Source of the DNA: Macrostomum hystrix
Taxonomy: Eukaryota > Animalia > Platyhelminthes
Length of the DNA stretch: 64,000 bases
Assembly: GCA_950097015.1 (NCBI GenBank)
Contig: CATNEN010000039.1
Location: 3,596,001-3,660,000 of the forward strand
Direction: 5' to 3'
Below are positions 12,001 to 21,589 of this stretch, in pieces. The notes beneath the pieces were generated by a model, which saw only the letters and a program-made list of their open reading frames with translations, did no database searches and was not told the DNA's origin. Position numbers and translations under genes: made by a program. Each line of letters begins with the position of its first letter. The first letter of the stretch is position 1.

Positions 12001-15000
12001 CCGTCTCCACGTCTAAAATCGCACCCACTTCTTCAGGCGATAACTCCCTGAGTTGATTATCACTGTTCGCTTCGGCGGCCAAATCGGATACAAGGGCGTC
12101 CAAAACGCCGTTGTCCAACGCACGACTGTGTCCAATTCCAGGTACCGGCAGGCCGGTGTATTGCCCGATGAAAAAAGTGAGCCGCCGTTGTGGGTCAAAA
12201 GTGTCTCAACTCCGCTAAGTGCAGCACTCAGTTAGCTATTTTAAGAGTGGTAAGAGTTGAGACGCTTTAGCCACTTTTAACCCCAAATGTCAAACGCGGA
12301 CCGCGATTTCGGGTCAAAAACGTCTTAAAAACGGATCATATGAGCCGCTTGAGCCGCCAGTTGGGGGGTGGTGTACGTGGGGCCGGGGTTGGCGCATGGT
12401 TGTGCGTACATTACTGGGGTTGGTGTGGCAGGGAAACCCCAGCTGGTCATGTGGGTTATAGATGGCTTAAAAACGGGTCAATTATGGCTGTGGCGTCTCA
12501 AATGTTGCTTAGAAGTTTTCAATGCGGCTAAAGTGTTGGTTAAATGATGGTTAAGCGGCTCAACTGGTGGATTCCCGCAAAAAGTCACGTGACAGCTGTG
12601 GCCGGATGGATAATGTACAAATAAGTGGGCCATGAGGCTCAAGTACTGGTTAAAAGTTGTGCATTCGGCTCAAATACTGCTTAAAAGTTGCTTAAATACG
12701 GCTCAAATACTGCTTAAAAGTTGCTCATGCGGCTCAAAAAGTGCTTAAAAGTTGCTTATCCGGCTCAAATACTGCGTAAAAGTTGCTTGTCCGTAACAGC
12801 TGCTAGTAGTTCAGCTAGTAGTGCTTGACGCTCCTTTTAATTTAAGTGAAAAGAAGATTTTGAAAGAGTTATGTCGCGCAAATAGTTATGCATTTGTTTG
12901 CTATTATTGGTATGTAGAACATGCTGGTTTTATTGAGCGTAGCGTTTATTTAGGCATATATATGTATATACGTATGTAAACAGCATCGAAAAACAATCGG
13001 CCTATCAACTGGGATCCATTGGGATGGACTAGCAATCCATTCTGTTTATTCTATCCATTGGGATGGACAAGCAATCCAATATTTTTATTCTATCCATTGG
13101 GATGGACAAGCAATCCAATCTTTTTATTCTATCCATTGGGATGGACTAGCAATCCAATCTTTTTATTCTATCCATTGGGATGGACAAGCAATCCATTCTG
13201 TTTATTCTTTTCATTGGGATGGACTAGCAATCCATTCTGTTTATTCTTTTCATTGGGATGGACTAGCAATCCATTCTGTTTATTCTTTTCATTGGGATGG
13301 ACTAGCAATCCATTCTGTTTATTCTTTTCATTGGGATGAAGTCCCAATTGAATGGCCTATAAGTTTGATTAGGAAACAAAGCAAACAGAAAAACAAAAGC
13401 AAACAGAAAAACAAAAGTAAACAGAAAAATAAAGCAAACAGAAAAACAAAGCAAACAGAAAAACAAAGCAAACAGAAAAACAAAGCAAACAGGAACATAA
13501 ACAAGCAGCAAAAAGCAATGCAGAATAAAGCAATCGTCACCAATAAGCAATAAGCAAGAAGGAAATATGCAATGAGCAATAAGAAATTAGCAATAGGCAA
13601 TAAGCAATAAGGAAATATGCAATATAAAGCAATAAGAAATTGGTATTAAGCAATAAGAAGTTAGCAATAGGCAATAGGCAATAAGCAATAAGCAATATAG
13701 AAAAGAACAAAAAATGTTAGTAAAGGAAAGCAAGAAAGTGGGGACTGCGCAGATGGAGCCAATTAGAGTGTAGGCGAGAGCTTCATTTCTTACTATTTCT
13801 ATGCTTCCTAATAAAGACTAGCTAAGCAATTGAAGGCAGGCCCGACCTGTTCGCCTCATCCGACCCGACCTGGGGAAGAGCGACAGCCCAAACCACACCT
13901 ACCTGATAAAAAAAGTGAACCGCCTTTGTGGGTCAAAATTGGGGGAAGACCTGGGGGAAGAGCGGCGGCGCAGACCACACCATTCCATGTCATGGAACAT
14001 TCCATGGAATAACATTACATGTTATTCCATGGCCTCCTCATCTGACCCGTCGTCACTTTCTTCTTCAAAATCATCAACAACGGCTGCTCCGGCTGCTTCG
14101 GCAGCGGCTTCGGCTGCGGCCCCGGATGCGTCGGCAGCGGCTCCGGAGGCGTCGGCAGCGGCTCCGGCTGCAGCGTCAGCGGCTCCCACTGCGCCTGCGT
14201 CGGCACCCTTGCTTTTTTTGGAGTGCTGGTAGGCGGGCGGAGGGCACGGCGATGAGTCTCCGTGAGGCGCCGGAAGATATCATGCACCTCCCGCTCGCAC
14301 TTTGACAAGCCAGCCTCGCTCAGCAGTTAGCTGGAGACGGCCTGCCGCTTGTCGAATGGTGCGGCCATACGACCTTCACCTCCGCGGCTCTTGCCCTTGT
14401 ACGTGCAGGACCGAATCTCCTCTTCGGAAAATACGGCCTGCAGCAGTTTGCGTATCAAAAGGCGGCGAGTGGCATCTGTCCTATTGGCCTTATACTCGGC
14501 CAGAGCGGCTGCAAGAAGGGACCAGCCTGCCGGGGTAACCTGTGAGATATTTTGCGAGAAGACCCAGATGACAAGGAGTGGTGACAAGGACGGCTTTTAA
14601 TACTGGCAAAATATTTTTGCCTCCTCACCAAAACCGAGCTGCCAGACATGAGCCGCTGGGTGCAGCTGGTGGCAGAACGGGCTGCAGCTGGCTTCTGACT
14701 GGAGTATCCTGCAGTCACTCCGGAGTCACTGACTCCCTGGCTGATCGGAGTCAGCGCAAGGTCGAAGAGGTCGCTGGGCAGCTGGGCAGGCTGAGAATCA
14801 TCTGCAGCGCAAGCGCCACGGCTGCCGAGCTTCCCGGCAGGAACAGCTCGGAGCTGTTCCACCAGCGCAGCCACGGATGCCAGTCCGTTGGCCAAATGTG
14901 CGCTGTCGCGCTGCTGCTCCGAATGCAGTGCGTCGATGACACTGCGCAGGCGATCGATCTCGCCCCGCAGCTCATCCTGTACAGCAATAGACTTTGCCAG

Positions 15001-17554
15001 CTCATCTCGCAGCTGACTGGCTTCAGCTGCAGTACGGCTGACCGTATCTCGCATGCTGCTGGGGACCCTGGTCGGGTCGGCGCCATCTCGATGATGACCT
15101 GGTCCAACAATGCAGACCAGTCAATCGGACTGCCGTCACTGCCTTGGGCCATCTGTAAACTAGCGTAGTTACAGGCTACTAGCTTGTCAGCTCGAGTCAG
15201 ACCAAGCACATTCGAATGTCAAATACCTCAAATAGCTATGCGACCATGCATGCTGTCGTATAAACGGCCCAGTAATAAAAGGATTTAAAACAAAGGCTTA
15301 AAAGGATTAAAACAGTAGCACACTCAGTGCTTCAAAGCGTCCAAGCTGGGCAACTTTTCGGGTATAAAATCGGTTTGCGAAAACATTTACTTACGAAAAA
15401 TTTCAAGTGTTGGATTTAAAATGTTCAATTTAAAAAAGACAATCACAAACTGGGAGGGATAAAATAAATATTAAAATTTTTTGTTCGTCTTTACTTCGCA
15501 CCGATAGAGTGGAAAGGATAAAATAATGATAAATAGACAGTTGTCCTAATTTGGGATCACATCCGAGTAATAATTCTGTCTGACCTAAACACATCTAACG
15601 TACAACCCAAAAAATAAACTCCAGCTGTCTTCAGAGTCAACACGCGCAACTGCGTCCATCACTCACTTTTATTTGCTTCGCAACAGATTCCAGTAGCTTG
15701 CAATAGTTTCGAGTACAGTTGAATACACATTTGGTAGCTCCGAATAGTTTCGAGTACATTTGAATAAACATTGGGTAGCTTCGAATAGTTTCGAGTAGTT
15801 TCGAATAGTTTCGAGTACAGTTGAATACACATTGGGTAGCTTCAAATAGTTTCGAGTAGTTTCGAATAGTTCCGAATAGTTTCGAGTACAGTTGAATAAA
15901 CATTAGTTAGCTTAGAACAGCTTCGAATAGTTAGGAATACTTTTAAGTACAGTAACATACATTATGCGCTGTTCGAATAGTTTCATGCATGTGCAGTACG
16001 TTGAAGCACACACATTATTATAATAATATTTTGGGTACCTGTTGCTTCGATCACTGCTGTACGCACCTGCAGGTTCGACTACTACGTTTGGAGTACTTCC
16101 ATGTATGGAACCAGTCATATGATGCAGACTGGAATACCTTGCAGGGTAAAATAGCAATATATATTACTGTTACATATCACAGTTACGAGTACATGCAATA
16201 AGTATATTAAAATATATTAGCTCACAGAAACTCACTTGCGACTCTTTTGCATCCATTGAGCAGTGCGAGCCACTTGAGACACTTGACCAGCAGTTGAGCA
16301 GCTTTACCCACTTGAGACACTTGACCAGCAGTTGAGCAGCTTTACCCACTTGAGACACTTGACCAGCAGTTGAGCAGCTTTACCCACTTGAGACACTTGA
16401 CCAGCCATTGAGCGGTTAGAGCCACTTGAGCCACTTTTTAAACGTACTTGAGCCATCAAACACATATGACCAACTTTTAGGCCGCGTAAGCCTCGAGAGC
16501 CGCTGAAAAGTTAAGCAACTTTTGAGCAACTTTTTAAACACTTTAGACACTTCACCCGCACAGGTGGCTCTAAAATTCTTAAATACGGTCCAAACTGCAA
16601 AAAAATTGCGCAAATACGGGTCAAGCGTCTCATATGAGCCGTAAATGACCCACCACGGCGGCTATCAGAGTTCATCGGGTTGGTTAAACAATCGTCCACG
16701 GCCACGCAGTTGACACACAAAGTCGATCTCCTCGCGCTCCAGACCGTTAATCTCTCCTCCCTCTATACAGGAGTAGTCTATCATGTGTATGCGTTCTATA
16801 AATAGAATGAACTGGAGTGACACGTAAGATGGAATGAAAACGATATTTCTGTCTAGCTGTTCTATCTGACAAGAGAGATGATTCTCTATCGAACTCAAAG
16901 GCTTTTCTGGAACTGTATTCTAGAAATTTGTCTATGGTTAATAGTGGGGGCTCTGCCCCCACACCCCGTCAAAGGAGCAGAAGGCTTTTCTTCCATAGAA
17001 TATCATTTTCTAGCGGGCCAAGAAACGTGACTTGTTCTTCGTTTCCATTCAAACCAATGCAGTTTGCTTCGCGGGCCGAGGAATAACGTTTCTCGGCCCG
17101 CCCTTAGAATCAAGAAGGAATACTAATCCTTCACGCTGTCTATAAAGCCTGAAGGATTCATATATTCTTCCATTCAACCCCCCGCAGATCCTACCGCATC
17201 TTGCTGAAGAACTCCGGCTCCAAAATTCCGCGGGTTGAGCTGCAGGAGATGGGGCCGAGGCTGAACCTGCGGCTCAGGCGGCACCGTCTGGCCGGGCCGG
17301 ACCAGTTTAAGCAGGCTCGCCGCCAGCCTAAGGTGGCGCTGGTCAAGAAGATCAAGAACATTGTGCCCAAGGATGGGCTGGGCAATCGGCTGGGTCGGGT
17401 GCACGTCGGTCGGCAGGAGTTGGACAAGCTGCAGACCAGGAAAGTCAAGGCTCTGAAACGGCCGGCCGGCGATGCGGCCGCCTCCGACCCGGCCAAGAAG
17501 AAGGCAAAGAAGCGCAGATTTTCGGACAATAAGAAGCGAAAAAATAAGGCCTGA
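6053..17554 (+). CDS. RPF2: Ribosome production factor 2 (Brix domain); exons 6053-6496, 6764-6912, 17188-17554
   Basis: KPKT..GKR, ENTKT.L, DCSLFAFASHSKKRPNNLVLGR, LLDMVEFGV, KPCLTFQ|GEEF, KNLLLDLF, GLEH, VR|SYRILLKNSGSKIPRVELQEMGP, GRVHVG.QELDKLQTRKVKALK. Intron phases are consistent; intron 2 spans 6913-17187. Confidence 0.93.
6991..7420. repeat. 26-bp minisatellite (TATTCCTTCAGTCAGCAGCAGTCTCC)n
   Basis: Seen directly at the 5' end of RPF2 intron 2. Confidence 0.97.
7676..10973 (-). pseudogene. Degraded Polinton/Maverick-type protein-primed family B DNA polymerase, split by a mariner and truncated after motif A
   Basis: Fragments in the expected order: LPEALKRKKAVIN..DNCF; HWCGIVSLNRLL..WCERCL..F..H..C; PPFVAYADF (ExoI); CYRC..WDHDHLTGQFKGASCADCN (EndoVII-like); FLDSL; KGVFPY (8181-8202); ADYNHAQRAW; ELLTD..MFEQGIRGG; DVNNLY. 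Several frameshifts and stops; motifs B and C are absent. Confidence 0.85.
9184..10192 (-). mobile_element. Mariner (Tc1/mariner) element, internally deleted and frameshifted
   Basis: TIRs GAGGG(G)CACTACGAAAGTTTTTAGC at both ends; TA TSD at 9182-9183 and 10193-10194. Transposase fragments APSLATVSNWFREF..GRP, TCDETLVY, PPYSPDLAPCDF and CIQAGGEYFEKL. Confidence 0.93.
13015..13338. repeat. 39-bp minisatellite (CATTGGGATGGACTAGCAATCC...), ~8 copies
   Basis: Seen directly inside the TIR element; followed by A-rich low-complexity repeats to ~13700. Confidence 0.9.
14015..15152 (-). pseudogene. Coiled-coil plus BEN-domain-like protein (cargo of the TIR element), disrupted
   Basis: Coiled coil SQLRDELAKSIAVQDELRGEIDRLRSVIDAL; probable intron ~14627-14540; BEN-like RRLLIRKLLQAVFSEEEIRSCTYKGK. 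In-frame TAA at 14329-14327, then LSKCEREVHDIFRRLTETHRR; frameshift near 15055. Confidence 0.55.
16270..16435. repeat. 38-bp tandem repeat (CCACTTGAGACACTTGACCAGCAGTTGAGCAGCTTTAC), ~4 copies
   Basis: Seen directly in the subterminal region of the TIR element. Confidence 0.85.
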
Positions 17555-17820
17555 TGTAGGTCTGTAAATCTGTCCGCCTATATCCTCTTCATACTACTTC
17601 CAGTTAGTGAGGCAGTATGCGCATTGTCATTTTTTGCTACTTTGACACGGCATTTTTAACGTTGAGTAGAGATCCTGTTGGCAGTTTAAAAAAGCGAGTT
17701 TCTCCAATTTAAACTTTATGAAATAAAGAAGGAAGCAGGATGAATTGAACCCATTGCTCTAGTGAATTGATTAAGGCGTGCATATTCTGTTACATATTTT
17801 CATTTATTTACATATCTTAG

Positions 17821-18361
17821 CTGGAACTGGAAGCGCAGCTAGAATCGTAATAGGAACTGGAAGCGCAGCTAGAATCGTAATAGGAACTGGAAGCGCAGCT
17901 AGAATCGTAATAGGAACTGGAAGCGCAGCTAGAATCGAAATAGGAACTGGAAGCGCAGCTAGAATTGTAGCAGGAACTGGAAGCGCAGCTAGAATTGTAG
18001 CAGGAACTGGAAGCGCAGCTAGAATCGTAGCAGGAACTGGAAGCGCAGCTAGAATCGTAGCAGGAACTGGAAGCGCAGCTAGAATCGTAGCAGGAACTGG
18101 AAGCGCAGCTAGAATTGTAGCAGGAACTGGAAGCGCAGCTAGAATTGTAGCAGGAACTGGAAGCGCAGCTAGAATTGTAGCAGGAACTGGAAGCGCAGCT
18201 AGAATTGTAGCAGGAACTGGAAGCGCAGCTAGAATTGTAGCAGGAACTGGAAGCGCAGCTAGAATTGTAGCAGGAACTGGAAGCGCAGCTAGAATTGTAG
18301 CAGGAACTGGAAGCGCAGCTAGAATTGTAGCAGGAACTGGAAGCGCAGCTAGAATCGTAGG
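17821..18361. repeat. 30-bp minisatellite (GGAACTGGAAGCGCAGCTAGAATTGTAGCA), 18 copies
   Basis: Seen directly between RPF2 and TIMM29. Confidence 0.97.
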
Positions 18362-18479
18362 AGAAAGAGCGTTGGCGATTTCTCACCGGACTACTTGTGG
18401 CCTTGTTTAAAGCGAACTATTTGCATCAAAAATCCTTCCCACGTGTTTACAGTGGCTCACCACAGAGCAGATTAAGCCA

Positions 18480-19115
18480 ATGGCTCAAGCCACTTTGATA
18501 CGACGCCTCAGCCGCGGCCTGAGCGGCACCGCCGCAGCGGTGGACCAGCAACAGAAATCTGTGAGCTTCTGGCGGCGTCAGGCGTCAAATCTGTCCGACT
18601 ATGTTCGCCGATTGCTAGTTGATTATCGACAGGCTACAGCTGAGGCTTTGGCCGATATGGAATCTGCGCCGAGGAAAACCCTGGCCTATCTATTTTTAGC
18701 CTCTCTAGGCATTGTAGCCTGGCGGGGAAATCCTAGCTTCGCCGACTATGCCAACCAGTTAAAGGCGTGCAGCCTGAAGCTGGGCGAATTGTCCCCGGCT
18801 GTGCGCAGTCCGCGCTGCTCCAAATTCGTGCACCGACTGTGCCAGCTCAGGGATGCCCAGCAGTTGCGTCGGTTAAATCTCGGATTTCTTTCGTTGCTAT
18901 GGGCAACTGAGCTGAGCTCGGATTGCCGCCTGCCGGATCACACCTGCGAGCATTTGAAGCCTAGATGGAGTCGGATGAGGCCGGTGGATGTTGGCTGCTT
19001 CTCCAAGTGGATTCTGCTGTCAGGTGCGCTGACAGATTGTGACATCAACGAAGCGGAGTGGAATGAGATCAGACAATCTCCAGCTGATCCTGTCATTAGT
19101 GACGCGTGGAGCTGA
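18480..19115 (+). CDS. TIMM29: Mitochondrial TIM22 complex subunit Tim29 (C19orf52)
   Basis: Presequence-like N-terminus; LLVDYRQA; single TM segment; SPAVR; LRRLNLGFLSLLW; C..L.PRW; VDVGCFSKW.L...L.DCDINEAEW. Acceptor gtgtttacag ends at 18452. Confidence 0.85.
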   Translation: MAQATLIRRLSRGLSGTAAAVDQQQKSVSFWRRQASNLSDYVRRLLVDYRQATAEALADMESAPRKTLAYLFLASLGIVAWRGNPSFADYANQLKACSLKLGELSPAVRSPRCSKFVHRLCQLRDAQQLRRLNLGFLSLLWATELSSDCRLPDHTCEHLKPRWSRMRPVDVGCFSKWILLSGALTDCDINEAEWNEIRQSPADPVISDAWS

Positions 19116-19134
19116 GACTTCGCCTTTGCCATGC

Positions 19135-19460
19135 CCCTCGGTGCCGCGATTGTCACCCTCCCCCTCGGTGCCGTGCCCCAACTGTCACCCTCCCCCTCGG
19201 CGCCTCGATTGTCAACCTCCACCTCGGCGCCTCGATTGTCACCCTCCCCCACGGTGCCCCAATTGTCGCCCTCCCCCTCGGTGCCCCGATTGTCACCCTC
19301 CCCCTCGGTGCCCCAACTGTCACCCTCCCCCTCGGTGCCCCAATTGTCACCCTCCGCCTCGGTGCCTCGATTGTCAACCTCCCCCTCGGTGCCCCGATTG
19401 TCACCCTCCCCCTCGGTGCCCCAATTGTCGCCCTCCCCCTCGGTGCCCGATTGTCACCCT
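19135..19460. repeat. ~30-bp minisatellite (CCCCCTCGGTGCCCCAATTGTCACCCT-like)
   Basis: Seen directly, immediately after the TIMM29 stop. Confidence 0.9.
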
Positions 19461-19756
19461 CTGCTCTGCTTTCTGGCCTCCTCAAAGTTACTTTACCCTC
19501 TTCCACTCACGGAGGAGGGCCGAAATATTTAATTTAATTCGCTTTCATGCATGCGCTTCTTGAACTGAAATCAAGTCGCATTTTGGAAATATACTTTTTC
19601 TATTTGTTGTTACTTATCAATGCCAGCTTATCGCGTAATACGTTTTGCTTTTTTATTCCATTTTAAGAAGCATAGAATTTGAGCTGACAATTTTTTTATA
19701 AAATATTTTTCATAGTCCTTCAGCTCCGCTTTGCCAACCATTCCAGCCGCGCAGCC

Positions 19757-21316
19757 ATGAGCTCCCAGCGGGGTAACTCCAATCGCAGCCGGGCTCAGAA
19801 GCATCAGAACAGCCACGCCTTCAAAAACAGCATGCACGACACGTCCCGCCGAACTAAGACCGTCAACCAGCTGAACTTTGGCGGCCTGACTTGTCAGCGC
19901 TGTAAGGACATTCTCGACTGGAAGGTGAAGTACAAAAAGTATAAAGTGCTCAGCCAGCCGAGGAAATGCGTCCGCTGCGAGGGCCGCTGCATTCAGAGCG
20001 CTTATTTCACTGTGAGTACCGATGCTCACAACAGAACGGTCTGCTCCACTAGAGAATCGCCTCAAACTCGCCATAGAGAATCGCCTCAACCTCGCCATAG
20101 AGAATCGCCTCAACCTCCCCATAGAGAATCGCCTCAACCTCGCCATAGAGAATCGCCTCAACCTCCCCATAGAGAATCGCCTCAACCTCGCCATAGAGAA
20201 TCGCCTCAACCTCGCCATAGAGAATCGCCTCAACCTCCCCATAGAGAATCGCCTCAACCTCCCCATAGAGAATCGCCTCAACCTCCCCATAGAGAATCGC
20301 CTCAACCTCCCCATAGAGAATCGCCTCAACCACCCCATAGAGAATCGCCTCAACCTCGCCATAGAGAATCGCCTCAACCTCGCCATAGAGAATCGCCTCA
20401 ACCACCCCATAAGAGAATCGCCTCAACCTCGCCATAGAGAATCGCCTCAACCACCCCATAGAGAATCGCCTCAACCTCGCCATAGAGAATCGCCTCAACC
20501 TCGCCATAGAGAATCGCCTCAACCACCCCATAGAGAATCGCCTCAACCACCCCATAGAGAATCGCCTCAACCTCCCCATAGAGAATCGCCTCAACCTCGC
20601 CATAGAGAATCGCCTCAACCTCGCCATAGAGAATCGCCTCAACCTCGCCATAGAGAATCGCCTCAACCTCGCCATAGAGAATCGCCTCAACCTCCCCATA
20701 GAGAATCGCCTCAACCTCCCCATAGAGAATCGCCTCAACCTCGCCATAGAGAATCGCCTCAACCTCCCCATAGAGAATCGCCTCAACCTCCCCATAGAGA
20801 ATCGCCTCAACCACCCCATAAGAGAATCGCCTCAACCTCCCCATAGAGAATCGCCACAACCTTCCCATAGAGAATCGCCTCAACCTCCCCATAGAGAATC
20901 GCCACAACCTCCCCATAGAGAATCGCCCATTTCAAACCCAGGTGTGCCAGAAGTGCGCCAAGGACCGGGCCGAGTGCCAGAAGTGCGGACAGCAGCGCGA
21001 GCTGACGCCCGCGCCGGCGCCGACTTTGGAAACAAGCCAGACAGGCGCTGCAGCCACAGCCGCCAACCTGGAGTCGGAGATGCAGCAGCTCAGGGAGCGG
21101 GATAAGCGCACCTTTCTGCGCCTGCTGCAGGCAGAAAGATTTGAAACTTCAGCTGAGGCGACCGCCTGGATTCGCCGGCGCCTCGGCGAGGGGGAATCGG
21201 ATGATCGGGATGACGATGAAGATGATGATGAGGATGAGGATGACGGTGATCAAGGCTCCGAAGGTGAAGTGGACAACACTGACGACGATGAGGAAAGGCT
21301 GAATTGTGGCTCGTAG
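19757..21316 (+). CDS. C9orf85/DUF2039-like Cys-rich protein; exons 19757-20011 and 20942-21316
   Basis: MSSQRGN..R.RAQKHQN..AFKN..HD, CQRCKDILDWKVKYKKYK.LSQPRKCVRC, AYFT|VCQKCA..CQKCG, ERDKRTFLR and an acidic tail. Phase-0 GT-AG intron. Confidence 0.88.
20050..20926. repeat. 27-bp minisatellite (ATAGAGAATCGCCTCAACCTCSCC-type unit) filling the C9orf85-like intron
   Basis: Seen directly; ends about 15 nt before the acceptor. Confidence 0.95.
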
Positions 21317-21589
21317 CACTTTGAAGTCCTGAAATTGGCGGATACGTAGAATAATATATATGCTAATCTAGAGGGTGATAATTATTAGGTAGCGAGTCCC
21401 AATGACTGCTGTTTTTCCTGGGCTGCCTTGTCGATACTTGAACTGTTGGTATAAATAAACAAACTATAGTATGTGCATATTCATCATTTTAATGCAATCG
21501 ATTTCACTGGAATAATTAGTGTTTTTGCTTTATTTTATTTATTTTTAGAATTGAGTACTTAAACTTTTTTTGCCTGAGACCTCTCCCAG

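Larger units (their letters stand above)
12164..16679. mobile_element. Non-autonomous TIR DNA transposon, CACTA/EnSpm-like (CCC...GGG ends, 3-bp TSD)
   Basis: Left end CCCGATGAAaaaagtgAGCCGCCGTtgTGGGTCA; right-end reverse complement CCCGATGAActctgatAGCCGCCGTggTGGGTCA. TTG duplicated at 12161-12163 and 16680-16682; many subterminal GAGCC/GGCTC motifs. The superfamily assignment is an inference. Confidence 0.8.
11078..16784 (-). pseudogene. Crypton-type (DUF3504-like) tyrosine recombinase, interrupted at 12164-16679; coding parts 16784-16680 and 12160-11078
   Basis: YSVSTLAGFRASLHRHF, FGFRGR (catalytic R), EKT, CPVAAVRLYL, WYS..LGKNTLNDMM, YTNHCIRAT (HxxR). Removing the insertion gives the in-frame join ...GRLFNQ|YTGLPVPG...LDNGVLDA. 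The C-terminus breaks off at IITCH before a catalytic Tyr. Confidence 0.85.

Noticed and set aside
17590-17598. CATACTACT as the right-hand Polinton TIR matching AGTAGTATG at 7419
   Set aside because: Only 9 bp match and it lies beyond RPF2 exon 3, so it is probably chance.
17778-18410. 210-aa (AGTGSAARIV)n ORF downstream of an acceptor-like AG at 17820
   Set aside because: Translation of a 30-bp minisatellite with a non-ATG start. An SL-AUG at 17821 would hit TAA within 10 codons.
20012-20941. (HRESPQPR)n C-terminal extension of the C9orf85-like protein
   Set aside because: It lies inside a phase-0 GT-AG intron; the conserved Cys motif resumes at 20942.
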